Positions 10,586 through 19,952 of a stretch of DNA of 64,000 nucleotides are shown piece after piece. This DNA comes from an uncultured Thermofilaceae archaeon. GTDB lineage: Archaea > Thermoproteota > Thermoprotei > Thermofilales > B69-G16. Numbering within the stretch: the first letter of the stretch is position 1; every line of letters starts with the position of its first letter. The position numbers were made by a program, and so were the translations under genes. The stretch is from NCBI GenBank assembly GCA_964501905.1, contig CAZCTW010000009.1:11342-75341 (forward strand), in the 5' to 3' direction. A model generated the notes under the pieces. It was not told the DNA's origin, searched no databases, and worked only from the letters and a program-made list of their open reading frames with translations.

Positions 10586-11434
10586 TTATTCTTCGTCTAT
10601 TCTTTTATAGTAGAACTTTACCTTGGGGAAACGTATGCGGTCTATACTAGCTCCTGAATTCCTCGCGTAGAGGTCTACTAGGGAGAATTTAAGCGTGCAC
10701 TTGTAAAAGGTAGAATTTTCATCTTTCCGAATTGGCGTGCATGCAAGGTTATGCTCGGCTTTTATTCCATATTTTGCAATTCCGATGAACACTTTCCTTT
10801 CCATGTACTTCTCTGGCGTGAGAGAACTTACAATAGTTCTTTCTCTTAGTTTCTTTATAATCGCAAAGCCGATCTCATGTAGTTTGAAATAACGCAGAGA
10901 TATGCATACGACCAGCGTCTCATTTTTTCCATAAAATATTCCGTAACTTTGGTTTTCGTAGAAGTAATTCATGTTAGTAATGCCACATACAGATCTTGAG
11001 TTAATTTTTTTACCGTCCAAAAGCCTAAAGTTTACCTTTTGTTTTAAATCTCTATACTCGCAAATGGTTATATTAGAAGTAAAAAATGTTACAGTCTTAT
11101 TCTTAACTGTAAAGTAGCTTTTTAACTCTGAACTGCTCCATGCGTCCCTTAGCAAGGCATTATAGGCAACATTTATTCTCTTCTCTACTTCTCTTCTAGA
11201 AAAGCATTTTTTCGAAGCTAATTCCATTTGTTTAACGAAGATCTCGCTTAAGATATCTAGCTGGACGTAATTGACGTTTCTACATATTCTTTCCACCTGT
11301 TTTAAAGCGAGTACTTTCTCTTTGATAGTTATGTAAAACGCGTAAATTTCTAAGTAGACGTGCAACGTAGAAACCGCTGTAATACTTATGAGCAAAACTG
11401 CTATTGCTATTAAAATTCCCCTTCTATTCTTCAA
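10586..11434 (-). CDS. Secreted/pilin-like protein with class-III-like signal (MKNRRG|ILIAIAVLLISITAV)
   Basis: 282 aa. Basic N-terminus + Gly + hydrophobic helix, then a soluble domain. 11-nt overlap with the upstream gene. Confidence 0.45.
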   Translation of the reverse strand: MKNRRGILIAIAVLLISITAVSTLHVYLEIYAFYITIKEKVLALKQVERICRNVNYVQLDILSEIFVKQMELASKKCFSRREVEKRINVAYNALLRDAWSSSELKSYFTVKNKTVTFFTSNITICEYRDLKQKVNFRLLDGKKINSRSVCGITNMNYFYENQSYGIFYGKNETLVVCISLRYFKLHEIGFAIIKKLRERTIVSSLTPEKYMERKVFIGIAKYGIKAEHNLACTPIRKDENSTFYKCTLKFSLVDLYARNSGASIDRIRFPKVKFYYKRIDEE

Positions 11435-11867
11435 GCTTACACACCACGTAAATATGAATCATTTTCATTTTACCATTGTCATATGCTAACAAGGCAGAGT
11501 GCGCCGTAATGTTTGAGTAAGCTTTTTCAGGATATTTGCATAAAATTCTTCTAGCATTTTCCCAATGGCAGACATATCCGCTCTCAGTCACTAGTGTTTC
11601 ATTCTTTTCCAAGATTTTATCCATTAATTCCAAGGCTATTTCTTCACTCAGATATCTACATTTTTGCTTACTTTGAAAACTTACCAATTGAGCAAATCTA
11701 TTTTTAGAGTATAGAATGACTGAAAAAAGGAGAATGACTACAATGGCTGTGCATAGAATATCAATCAAATATCCTCTCATAATCCCCCTTCCAGTATATG
11801 TTCTGTGATTTGTTCTATAAGTGAGAAATTGACTATCCATGCTAGTAAAACTAGGAAAATCAAACAT
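11424..11867 (-). CDS. Pilin-like/minor subunit candidate (single N-terminal TM)
   Basis: 147-aa ORF. Probable start at MRGYLIDILCTAIVVILLFSVILY. Soluble domain follows. Confidence 0.4.
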   Translation of the reverse strand: MFDFPSFTSMDSQFLTYRTNHRTYTGRGIMRGYLIDILCTAIVVILLFSVILYSKNRFAQLVSFQSKQKCRYLSEEIALELMDKILEKNETLVTESGYVCHWENARRILCKYPEKAYSNITAHSALLAYDNGKMKMIHIYVVCKLEE

Positions 11868-11909
11868 ATAAATATGGCTACAGTTACCGATATCAATAAA
11901 ATAGACCCC

Positions 11910-12239
11910 TTACCCGCCATAAGGATAGACCTCTATTCGTCCATCGATTTTTTCAACTATGTAGGTCTCGCCTCCATGTATCGATATTAAGCTTCCAAAC
12001 TCCGTAAGATTCATAGTTAAGGTATAGTTTTGACCAAGCTCAGGAACTGTAAAAACCAAATAACCACCTTCGGGAATTTTTAAAAATACTCCCTGTAATA
12101 TTCTCTGCAGTAGGATTAGAGGACAGTCAAACGATACAGATGTTACTTCGTTTTGACATTTGACTAGGAGCCCTAGCACTAGCGTAAATAGGATGAACCA
12201 TACGAATACTGCGAGAAGCTCCTCGACAACTTTGCTCAT
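11910..12239 (-). CDS. Leaderless pilin-like protein
   Basis: 109 aa. MSKVVEELLAVFVWFILFTLVLGLLV has Glu at +5 after Met removal followed by a hydrophobic helix. ATGA start/stop overlap with the upstream 46-aa ORF. Confidence 0.45.
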   Translation of the reverse strand: MSKVVEELLAVFVWFILFTLVLGLLVKCQNEVTSVSFDCPLILLQRILQGVFLKIPEGGYLVFTVPELGQNYTLTMNLTEFGSLISIHGGETYIVEKIDGRIEVYPYGG

Positions 12240-12376
12240 ATACTCACCCTAATATTCAAGATTTTGATAATGTCTTGTAGAAATTTTCGAAGTAGGAGAA
12301 TGAAAAATGGCAAGGCGATAGTCGCTAGGATGAGTGAAATGGCTTCTATTAGGCTTTCCTCTATAATCCTCTTCAT
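12236..12376 (-). CDS. 46-aa leaderless pilin-like micro-protein (below ORF-track cutoff)
   Basis: Hand translation: MKRIIEESLIEAISLILATIALPFFILLLRKFLQDIIKILNIRVSI*. Its stop TGA overlaps the ATG of the next gene. Same xxxxEE-hydrophobic N-terminus as its neighbours. Confidence 0.4.
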   Translation of the reverse strand: MKRIIEESLIEAISLILATIALPFFILLLRKFLQDIIKILNIRVSI

Positions 12377-12423
12377 ATCCTCCAGATTTGTGAAAAAAAG
12401 GATATAAGGAAGCGAAAAACAAG

Positions 12424-13677
12424 CTATTCGAATGCCCAGGCGAAATTTTCTAAACAGAAATTTATTAAAAAGAACAAAACAATAAAGGCAATCACTTTCT
12501 TGAGAGCTTCATAACTCCTATGCCGGGTTAAGTCTAGACTTAGAGAGGAGATAAAGAGCGAGAATATATACCCCGCTAGGAAAAGAGTTAAATTGTTATT
12601 GGCTTTTTTAAATATAAAAATTAAAGCGAAAACTAAAGCTATTGTTGCGGAGGAAATATAGTATACGATGTCGGATTTATATTTTAAAATATGCATTTTA
12701 TCGCATAAATCTTTTAACGTTATTCTGCCTTTTCTTAAAACTATAATAAGATTTTCAATCTGTCTAATTCCTGTCTCAAGGCTGCTATTTTCCAGTATAG
12801 TGCTAATACCATTGAGGAAATGATCTGAGCTATTTAGGAGATGTCTTCGGGAGAAAAGCCATTCAGCAAATCTATCCTCGATTAACTCCTTTTTGTTATT
12901 TTTGAGGAACTCCTTCAGAGCATTTTCAAAATTCACACTCTTTTTCAGGCGTTCTAATGTCCACGAGAGCAATAGTTCGAAATTTAGATTTTCTTTTAAT
13001 AATTCTTTACATCTATCATCTCGTTCAGATTTTTTTAGATAAAGATAAAGGGTTAAGAGTATGAGAAAGAATAGAACTATGTAAGCAGGGTTTGAGTATT
13101 TACAATAGAATAAGAATTCAATTCCACCTAGCGTGGAAGTAAAAGCGGCCAATATTGCAACATTGAAATTTAACCGGTAATCACTTATTTTACTGGCTAG
13201 GAAGAAGTGCAGGATAATAGTAGAGAATGTTAAGAAGAGAAATGCTCTATAGAAATCCAGTATTCCGAAAAAAATAGAGAGAGAAAGGAATATCGGGATA
13301 AAAGCTGTTAAAGCTACAAAAAGCATTATTTTATCCTCTAATTTCTTAATGTAGCTCTTAAAGAGTAACTGTTCTTCATCAAATATTCTGAGGGGATACT
13401 CTTTTATTTCTCTTTGAGGTGGGGGTGAGAAGAAAAGCAATTTAATTAAGTATGGCAGGTGTTCATCTTTGAAATTTCCGTTATCTTCTTTTATGAAATT
13501 GCGTAAGTTGAAACTGATCTTCTTAAATAAATCTGACGAAGAGATTTTAGCTAAATCCCTTACTGCTTGATAAGTATTGCCTCTTCTAGAGAGATAAAGA
13601 ACTACAAAAATTATTGTATCTTGTACAGTGGATATGAAATCTTCAAATTTCACTTTTACACCTGGCCAGGAATTCAT
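12424..13677 (-). CDS. TadC/FlaJ-like polytopic platform protein of a type IV filament system
   Basis: 417 aa. Two blocks of hydrophobic helices, each preceded by a charged soluble segment. Overlaps the ATPase gene by 35 nt. Position and architecture fit the T2SSF family; no sequence search was done. Confidence 0.6.
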   Translation of the reverse strand: MNSWPGVKVKFEDFISTVQDTIIFVVLYLSRRGNTYQAVRDLAKISSSDLFKKISFNLRNFIKEDNGNFKDEHLPYLIKLLFFSPPPQREIKEYPLRIFDEEQLLFKSYIKKLEDKIMLFVALTAFIPIFLSLSIFFGILDFYRAFLFLTFSTIILHFFLASKISDYRLNFNVAILAAFTSTLGGIEFLFYCKYSNPAYIVLFFLILLTLYLYLKKSERDDRCKELLKENLNFELLLSWTLERLKKSVNFENALKEFLKNNKKELIEDRFAEWLFSRRHLLNSSDHFLNGISTILENSSLETGIRQIENLIIVLRKGRITLKDLCDKMHILKYKSDIVYYISSATIALVFALIFIFKKANNNLTLFLAGYIFSLFISSLSLDLTRHRSYEALKKVIAFIVLFFLINFCLENFAWAFE

Positions 13678-15514
13678 TAAGGCATAACCGTATACCCTTT
13701 AGGTTTTTACTGTTTAGTAGTTCTCTAATTCGCTTTATGAGGAGTATTACCTGCGTCTTTGAGAATCTATTTTCAATGGATATTTTTTCAATTAACCTAG
13801 AATTTTCATATGCAAGGGTTCTTTTAAGTACGTTATCGCTTTGTCTAATAAAGAGAGGATGAAACCAGCGAAGAGGATACTTTTCTTCAATGCTTGCAGC
13901 TCTCTCGAGAATCAGCGATACTTCCTTTTTATCTCTCCGATAAAGGTCTCTTCTCATGAAGACTATTAGATCGAGGCTTTTTAGAAGACTAGGCGAAATA
14001 GAGAAAACTTCGGTATACCTGTATATTAATTGTTCTAAACTAAGGGCGTGCGTAGTCTGCATACACCTTAAGCCAGCATTCATAGCGTGAAAAGCCGCCA
14101 CTACATGTTCCCTGCTCTGCAACTCTCCCAGAATTAAATAATCAGGTTTCCGATGTAACATTTTCACAATTTCAATAGCTTTACTCGAAGGCCCCCACTC
14201 CGATTCTTCAAAAGCACCAACTTTAAGCCTTAATTGATGCTTACCCTCTTTTAATTGGTTAACAGATTCAACCACATCTTCGATGTATACCTTTCTGAAA
14301 GTTCTAGGAAGTAGCATATCCAGAGCGTTAAGTAGCGTGGTCTTACCACTTCCGGGTTCGCCGCATATAAGTATATTAGACCGGAAAATAGCCGCTATTA
14401 GCAAGAAAGCCGCGGCATCTGCTGTAAGAGTGCCGCTATTTACTATGTCCACCAAGGTCATAGGTTTATTTCGGTATTTCCTGACGTCTAAAGCTACGCC
14501 GTCTACTGCAAGTGGAGGTACGTCTACAGCAACTCTAACTCTGAATAAGCAAGTTATGTAGTCTGTTTTTAGTGAGGGTGACGAAAATGAGATGAAACTT
14601 CCTGTATCAATTTTTATATGGGTTAGAAAGGCTTCTAACTCCCTCGGGGATAGCGCTATGTTAGATAGGCATCTTCCGTATTTTTCATGGTCCAAGTAGA
14701 TTTTCGTAGAGGGGGCATCTTGGAAAAATTCCTGCACATAGTCGTCTAAGAGAAATGGCATTACACGGGTTACCTTAATTGAACTAAAAAATGATAGGTA
14801 AGCCAATTTTTTCAATTCCCTCTTTGTGATTCTTGAGAGAACATCCGGACAGAAACTTTGCGCTATGCCATGGAATAGGCTAAGTCTGTGATCGAGAATA
14901 TCATCAAAGTGAGCTATTGCAATTTTCTTAAAGAAATATCTTCGGTCGTATTCCACTAACAAACTCCCTAAGGACATATATGAAAGCTTAACATCTACGC
15001 ACTCTGAGAAAATTCTCACTCGATAAAAACTTTCTAATGTTTTTGTATCTAATATATCGACATTATAACAGTAAACTTCGTATGAATCTCTGATGGAGTT
15101 TTTCCTTTTTCTTTTTCCAGGAATTTTCTCAAGATTAATATACCGTAGCAATTCTCTATTTTGATCAAAAGAGAAATTTTTAGGAAGTAAACGCATCTTT
15201 TTAATAAAGTCTAAATTTCCATTCAATAGATTCTCAAGGGCATCATAGGCTTTATTATTGAAAACCGCCGATACTCTAACTTTGTTAACAGCGTCTGCGA
15301 GAGGCGCGAGGATGCTGAAGATAGTTTTCTTATCTAGAATAGCACATTCTTTGCCATCATAAAGTATTAAACTGCTAAATGATTTCAGCAAACGCGCTCG
15401 AAGAGAGAATACCCTAACTAATTCATCTAGAATCTCCTCGCCTAGTCTTCCATTATTTGTAAAGCCGATTTTTTTAACTTTAGAGCTCTGTCTTGCGTAG
15501 ATTTCTATTCTCAT
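13643..15514 (-). CDS. Type II/IV secretion-family ATPase (FlaI/TadA/VirB11-like) with ~350-aa unique N-terminal region
   Basis: 623 aa. Walker A ILICGEPGSGKTTLLNAL, IEDVVE, Walker B-like PDYLILGELQSRE, His-box MQTTHA. Confidence 0.85.
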   Translation of the reverse strand: MRIEIYARQSSKVKKIGFTNNGRLGEEILDELVRVFSLRARLLKSFSSLILYDGKECAILDKKTIFSILAPLADAVNKVRVSAVFNNKAYDALENLLNGNLDFIKKMRLLPKNFSFDQNRELLRYINLEKIPGKRKRKNSIRDSYEVYCYNVDILDTKTLESFYRVRIFSECVDVKLSYMSLGSLLVEYDRRYFFKKIAIAHFDDILDHRLSLFHGIAQSFCPDVLSRITKRELKKLAYLSFFSSIKVTRVMPFLLDDYVQEFFQDAPSTKIYLDHEKYGRCLSNIALSPRELEAFLTHIKIDTGSFISFSSPSLKTDYITCLFRVRVAVDVPPLAVDGVALDVRKYRNKPMTLVDIVNSGTLTADAAAFLLIAAIFRSNILICGEPGSGKTTLLNALDMLLPRTFRKVYIEDVVESVNQLKEGKHQLRLKVGAFEESEWGPSSKAIEIVKMLHRKPDYLILGELQSREHVVAAFHAMNAGLRCMQTTHALSLEQLIYRYTEVFSISPSLLKSLDLIVFMRRDLYRRDKKEVSLILERAASIEEKYPLRWFHPLFIRQSDNVLKRTLAYENSRLIEKISIENRFSKTQVILLIKRIRELLNSKNLKGIRLCLNEFLARCKSEI

Positions 15515-15520
15515 GGTTAG

Positions 15521-16474
15521 CTAAAGGGCGCCTATGATAGAATATATGTATTTTACGTTGTTTCTGAAAGCGCTTAAAGAGCATCCGAATTTCTTAGATA
15601 TATATCCTTGACTAATCACTCTTTTGCCATATATCGCTATGAAAACTACGTAAAAAAGGGCAAGTGCTAAGATATGAGGATTTTTGCCCTGTAGTTTTCT
15701 TGGATCGACCTTATGTAGTAGAAACATAGCTTTTTGACAGATTTCTCTTTCAAGTAGGTACACATTTTTAGCCCCAACTTTACGTTTTACTCTTTCATCG
15801 GAAAGAATTCTCTTTGTAATAACTGGTATAATTCTTCTTATTCTATCAGCCACACTCGGCTTTTCATACATTTTAAAGGATTGAAGAAGAAAAATTGCCT
15901 CCATTAAGTTAGACTTAGTAACACGATGACCCAGGTCCTGATAGACTTTAAGGATATCACTAACTCGTATGCTAAACCCATGCTTTCTGGAGGACGCTAT
16001 TAAACAAGCGGCTGAAATTCTGTAATGGTTAAGTTTACCATTTAGGTTTTCGTCAATATTCCTTAAGAATTTCAGGTATAGTGCGTATGCGTACTCTACA
16101 ACGTATTTCGGCAATCCCACTTTTTGAGCTGCGATGTATAACGTCTTGTGTACTCTGTAATGCATTGACTTGTCTCCTGCAACCTTAGAAAAAAGGTTTA
16201 GCCTGCTCATTCTCTTTAATTTACTGTAAAAGTGGAAGTTAATTTTAAAATCGAGTTTTTTCGCACAAGCTGGAGATAGAAATGTGCCCAGCTCTAGCGG
16301 AGCTGGAGTATAACCTTGGGCAGTAATTCTATTGGCTAGAATGTAGGATTCTTCTCTAATTCTATTCTCTACGTGAACTAAACCGCACACGCTGCACACG
16401 AGCTCACCATTTTCGTTTAAGACCAGTTTTCCTCCACATTCCATGCAATACATAGTCCGTAAGCGACTCTCCAA
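15521..16474 (-). CDS. TFIIB (TFB) paralog
   Basis: 317 aa. N-terminal Zn ribbon CMECGGKL...CSVCG, then two cyclin-like repeats (RISAACLIASSRKHGFSIRVSDI; PHILALALFYVVFIAIYGKRVISQGYISKKFG). Stop lies 6 nt before the ATPase ATG. Confidence 0.8.
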   Translation of the reverse strand: MESRLRTMYCMECGGKLVLNENGELVCSVCGLVHVENRIREESYILANRITAQGYTPAPLELGTFLSPACAKKLDFKINFHFYSKLKRMSRLNLFSKVAGDKSMHYRVHKTLYIAAQKVGLPKYVVEYAYALYLKFLRNIDENLNGKLNHYRISAACLIASSRKHGFSIRVSDILKVYQDLGHRVTKSNLMEAIFLLQSFKMYEKPSVADRIRRIIPVITKRILSDERVKRKVGAKNVYLLEREICQKAMFLLHKVDPRKLQGKNPHILALALFYVVFIAIYGKRVISQGYISKKFGCSLSAFRNNVKYIYSIIGAL

Positions 16475-16557
16475 CTTTTGCTTTTAAATTATGAAGCCCG
16501 CAAGCGCCCCGGGGGGAGGGGAATATTTTTATCCTCAAACTATAGTAAGAATAAAGA

Positions 16558-16642
16558 GGGCCCGTCGTCTAGTGGCTAGGGTCTCTGGCTAAGACGCCAC
16601 CCTCACGAGGTGGAGGTCCGGGTTCGATTCCCGGCGGGCCCA
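16558..16642 (+). tRNA. tRNA-Val(CAC) with a ~13-nt insertion (probable non-canonical intron) in the D-loop
   Basis: Acceptor GGGCCCG/CGGGCCC, anticodon arm CCACC-CTCACGA-GGTGG, T-arm CCGGG-TTCGATT-CCCGG. D stem GTCT/AGAC encloses 21 nt (AGTGGCTAGGGTCTCTGGCTA) with TGGCTA duplicated. Confidence 0.85.
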
Positions 16643-16793
16643 TATTTCTATTAAAATTATCAAGTGTGTAATCTTCTTCTTAAATTTCATTTTTGTATGG
16701 TCATTTTAAGGTTATTAATACGGTGAGGCGAAATTTATATACGAAACCGTTAGAATCCGTAGTGATTGAAACTCAAGCTAACAGGGAAAATAG

Positions 16794-17750
16794 ATGGAAG
16801 TGTACTATGATGGCGGCGTAGTAGTTCAACAGGAGTCTTTTAAAATTTTATTAGATCCTAGGAGGATTCCTTCTTTCAAACCGGATGTAGTAGTGATCTC
16901 GCACGCCCATAGAGACCATTACAATCTTAAAGTACTTAGGAGTTTTCCCGAAGTACCTAAAATTATGAGCCACGCCACGCGTCACCTTATAGATAAAAGG
17001 AAAATCCTAAAGAATGTAATCGAGGTATCTCCAGGCGACCAAGTTGATTTTCACAATTTTAGCACCAAAGTTTACAATGCCGGACACGTACTTGGAAGTC
17101 TGCAAGTTGAGTTGGTCATAGGAAACAAGAGAGTAGTTTTCACCGGGGATTTTAACTTACAGGCAAGGATAATTCTCAGACCGGCGGAGATAATAAAGTC
17201 CGATATTTTGATAATAGAGGCGACCTATGGACATCCGCGTTATAAGTTTCCAAGTAGAGTGTCGGTGTATAGGCAAATTCTAGAGTTAATTAAAAATAAT
17301 TTAGAAGAAGCAACGATTTTTGGGCGACATTTAGGGACAGCGCAAGAATTAACGGCGCTTCTAGCTTTCTCTAAGATAGGGGTCTTGCCTATAGTTCACC
17401 CATATATAGCAAAGGTAAATAAAATTTACGAAATGTACGGCGAAAATCTAGGAACCTATAGGGTATATCAATACGAGAAATCTTCAAATAATGGACCGGT
17501 AATCATGCCGTTAACTGGTAAAATAATGAGAAGAGAACCTAATTCTCAAAGCGTAGTGTGTACAGGTTGGGCGGCCGGAATAGGCAAAAGAAATTACGTA
17601 CCTTTATCGAGTCACGCTGATTTCGAACAGATAATTCAATATATTATAGAAAGTTCAGCAGAGAAAATATACACCGTATATGGTTTTTCGGATTTTTTAG
17701 CCAATTTTCTTAAACACGAGTATGGCATAGATGCCGAAAGTATTCAATAA
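16794..17750 (+). CDS. Metallo-beta-lactamase/beta-CASP-type nuclease
   Basis: 318 aa. HxHxDH motif (VVISHAHRDHY), later GHVLGS and C-terminal LSSHAD. Confidence 0.75.
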   Translation: MEVYYDGGVVVQQESFKILLDPRRIPSFKPDVVVISHAHRDHYNLKVLRSFPEVPKIMSHATRHLIDKRKILKNVIEVSPGDQVDFHNFSTKVYNAGHVLGSLQVELVIGNKRVVFTGDFNLQARIILRPAEIIKSDILIIEATYGHPRYKFPSRVSVYRQILELIKNNLEEATIFGRHLGTAQELTALLAFSKIGVLPIVHPYIAKVNKIYEMYGENLGTYRVYQYEKSSNNGPVIMPLTGKIMRREPNSQSVVCTGWAAGIGKRNYVPLSSHADFEQIIQYIIESSAEKIYTVYGFSDFLANFLKHEYGIDAESIQ

Positions 17751-17794
17751 CAAAACCTAAAAGTCTTTGGTTTCTATTCTAAATTGGTGGGAAA

Positions 17795-18583
17795 ATGCCC
17801 GAAGCGGAGATAGGCATTATAGGCGGATCCGGACTATACGATGTCGCTTTTATAGAAAAAGCCGAAAAAATAAAGATATATACTCCTTATGGCTCGCCCT
17901 CCGATTTTATAACGGTCGGCGTTTTACGAGGAAGGAAAGTTGCTTTTCTAGCCAGGCATGGCCCTAAACACAGCATCCCTCCCCACAAGATAAATTATAG
18001 GGCGAACATTTGGGCTTTTAAAGAGTTAGGAGTAAAGAGGATAGTAGCTGTATCTGCAATAGGTAGTTTAAGAGAGGATTATAAGCCCGGGGATTTTGTA
18101 TGTCCTGATCAGTTCATAGATATGACTAAAAAGCGAGAATATACTTTTTACCAAGGGGGACAAGTAGCTCACGTTTCAATGGCAGATCCTTTCTGCCCTG
18201 AACTTAGGAGCATATGTATATCGACGGCGAAAGAACTAGGTATTTCCATACACGAGAAGGGAACCTATATCTGTATAGAGGGACCCCGTTTCTCTACAAG
18301 AGCTGAGTCTAAACTGTGGAGAATGTGGGGTGCAGACATAATAGGAATGACGTTAGTGCCGGAAGTTAACTTGGCGCGAGAAGCTAGAATGTGCTATTTA
18401 ACTATTGCCATGGTTACTGATTATGATGTGTGGGCCGAAAAGCCCGTAACAGCCCACGAAGTAGCTAAAGTCATGGCTGAAAATGTAGAAAAAGCCAAAA
18501 AACTTCTCTACGAGCTAATACCCAAAATACCTGAAACCAGGAGCTGTAATTGCCACAAGTATATGGACGAAGCTATTCTCTAA
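17795..18583 (+). CDS. mtnP: S-methyl-5'-thioadenosine phosphorylase
   Basis: 262 aa. [43 protein letters not shown]. Confidence 0.92.
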   Translation: MPEAEIGIIGGSGLYDVAFIEKAEKIKIYTPYGSPSDFITVGVLRGRKVAFLARHGPKHSIPPHKINYRANIWAFKELGVKRIVAVSAIGSLREDYKPGDFVCPDQFIDMTKKREYTFYQGGQVAHVSMADPFCPELRSICISTAKELGISIHEKGTYICIEGPRFSTRAESKLWRMWGADIIGMTLVPEVNLAREARMCYLTIAMVTDYDVWAEKPVTAHEVAKVMAENVEKAKKLLYELIPKIPETRSCNCHKYMDEAIL

Positions 18584-18641
18584 CAACCTCTTTTTTATAC
18601 AAGGTACATTTATAAGATCTTGTCGAATTAAATGAAAAGCC

Positions 18642-19952
18642 ATGGTCGAGTTTAAAGTTAAAGATCTATCACTTGCTGAGGAAGGAGAACTTAAAATATA
18701 CTGGGCAGAAAGACACATGCCCGTGCTTTCATTGTTAGGCGAAAAACTTCAGAAGAAAGAAATCTTTAAAGATATCGTAATAGGCGCTTGTCTACATGTA
18801 ACCAAGGAAACAGCCGTTTTAGTATCGATATTGAGGAGAGCCGGGGCTGAGGTCTATTTAGCTGCTTCAAACCCCTTATCAACTCAAGATGACGTAGCGG
18901 CAGCTCTGGTTGAGAGAGGAGTACATGTTTTCGCTTGGAGGGGGATGTCTAAAAAGGATTACTATGAGGCTATCGCGAACGTTATCAAGGCCGAACCCCA
19001 GCTAACCATGGACGACGGCGCCGACTTAACCGCATGTATCCATGGACTTTATTACGGAGAGAAGAGCGAGGAGATGGACATAGTTTCGTCGATAAGTGGG
19101 CGGAGGAAGGAAATTGCTGAAAACGTCATAGGAGGAACTGAGGAAACGACGACAGGAGTAATCAGGCTAAAAGCTTTAGAAGAACAGAAAATCCTCCTCT
19201 ACCCCATAATCGCCGTAAACGATAGCTATACTAAATTCTTGTTTGATAATAGGTATGGGACTGGGCAAAGCGCGTTAGACGGCATTATGAGAGCTACAAA
19301 TGTCTTATTCGCTGGAAAAACGGTAGTTGTTGCCGGATATGGTTGGGTCGGGAGGGGTATAGCTCTCAGGGCTAGAGGAATGGGTGCTAAAGTCGTAGTG
19401 GTGGAGGTGGATCCTATAAAGGCCCTTGAAGCCTTCTATGACGGCTTCTATGTAACGGACATGCGTGGAGCCGCTAAGATCGGCGACATATTCATCACGG
19501 CCACCGGCAACAAGTCGGTAATACGTGAAGAACATTTTCTCTTAATGAAAGATGGCGCAATTCTGGCAAATGCGGGACACTTCAATGTTGAGATAAATTT
19601 AGAAGACTTAGAGAAAGTTTCTGTAGGTAAAAGAGAGGTAAGGGAGAATATTACGGAGTACATCCTAAAAAGCGGCAAAAAACTTTACCTTTTATGTGAA
19701 GGACGCTTAGTAAACCTAGCTGCCGCCGAAGGACATTCCTCCGAAGTCATGGATATGAGCTTTACAAATCAAGCAATGGCGCTACGGTACCTTCTTAAAA
19801 ATAGGAAAAAATTGAAAAGACGGGTTTACAGGCTACCTTTAGCATTGGATAGAAAGATTGCAGAGATGAAGTTGAAAACTTTGGGAGTAAAAATAGAAAA
19901 ACTCACTAGGGAGCAAAGAGAGTACCTTCAATCGTGGAAGATAGGAACATAG
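18642..19952 (+). CDS. ahcY: Adenosylhomocysteinase
   Basis: 436 aa. EETTTGV, RYGTGQS, NAD site VVAGYGWVGRGIA, GHFNVEI. Confidence 0.95.
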   Translation: MVEFKVKDLSLAEEGELKIYWAERHMPVLSLLGEKLQKKEIFKDIVIGACLHVTKETAVLVSILRRAGAEVYLAASNPLSTQDDVAAALVERGVHVFAWRGMSKKDYYEAIANVIKAEPQLTMDDGADLTACIHGLYYGEKSEEMDIVSSISGRRKEIAENVIGGTEETTTGVIRLKALEEQKILLYPIIAVNDSYTKFLFDNRYGTGQSALDGIMRATNVLFAGKTVVVAGYGWVGRGIALRARGMGAKVVVVEVDPIKALEAFYDGFYVTDMRGAAKIGDIFITATGNKSVIREEHFLLMKDGAILANAGHFNVEINLEDLEKVSVGKREVRENITEYILKSGKKLYLLCEGRLVNLAAAEGHSSEVMDMSFTNQAMALRYLLKNRKKLKRRVYRLPLALDRKIAEMKLKTLGVKIEKLTREQREYLQSWKIGT

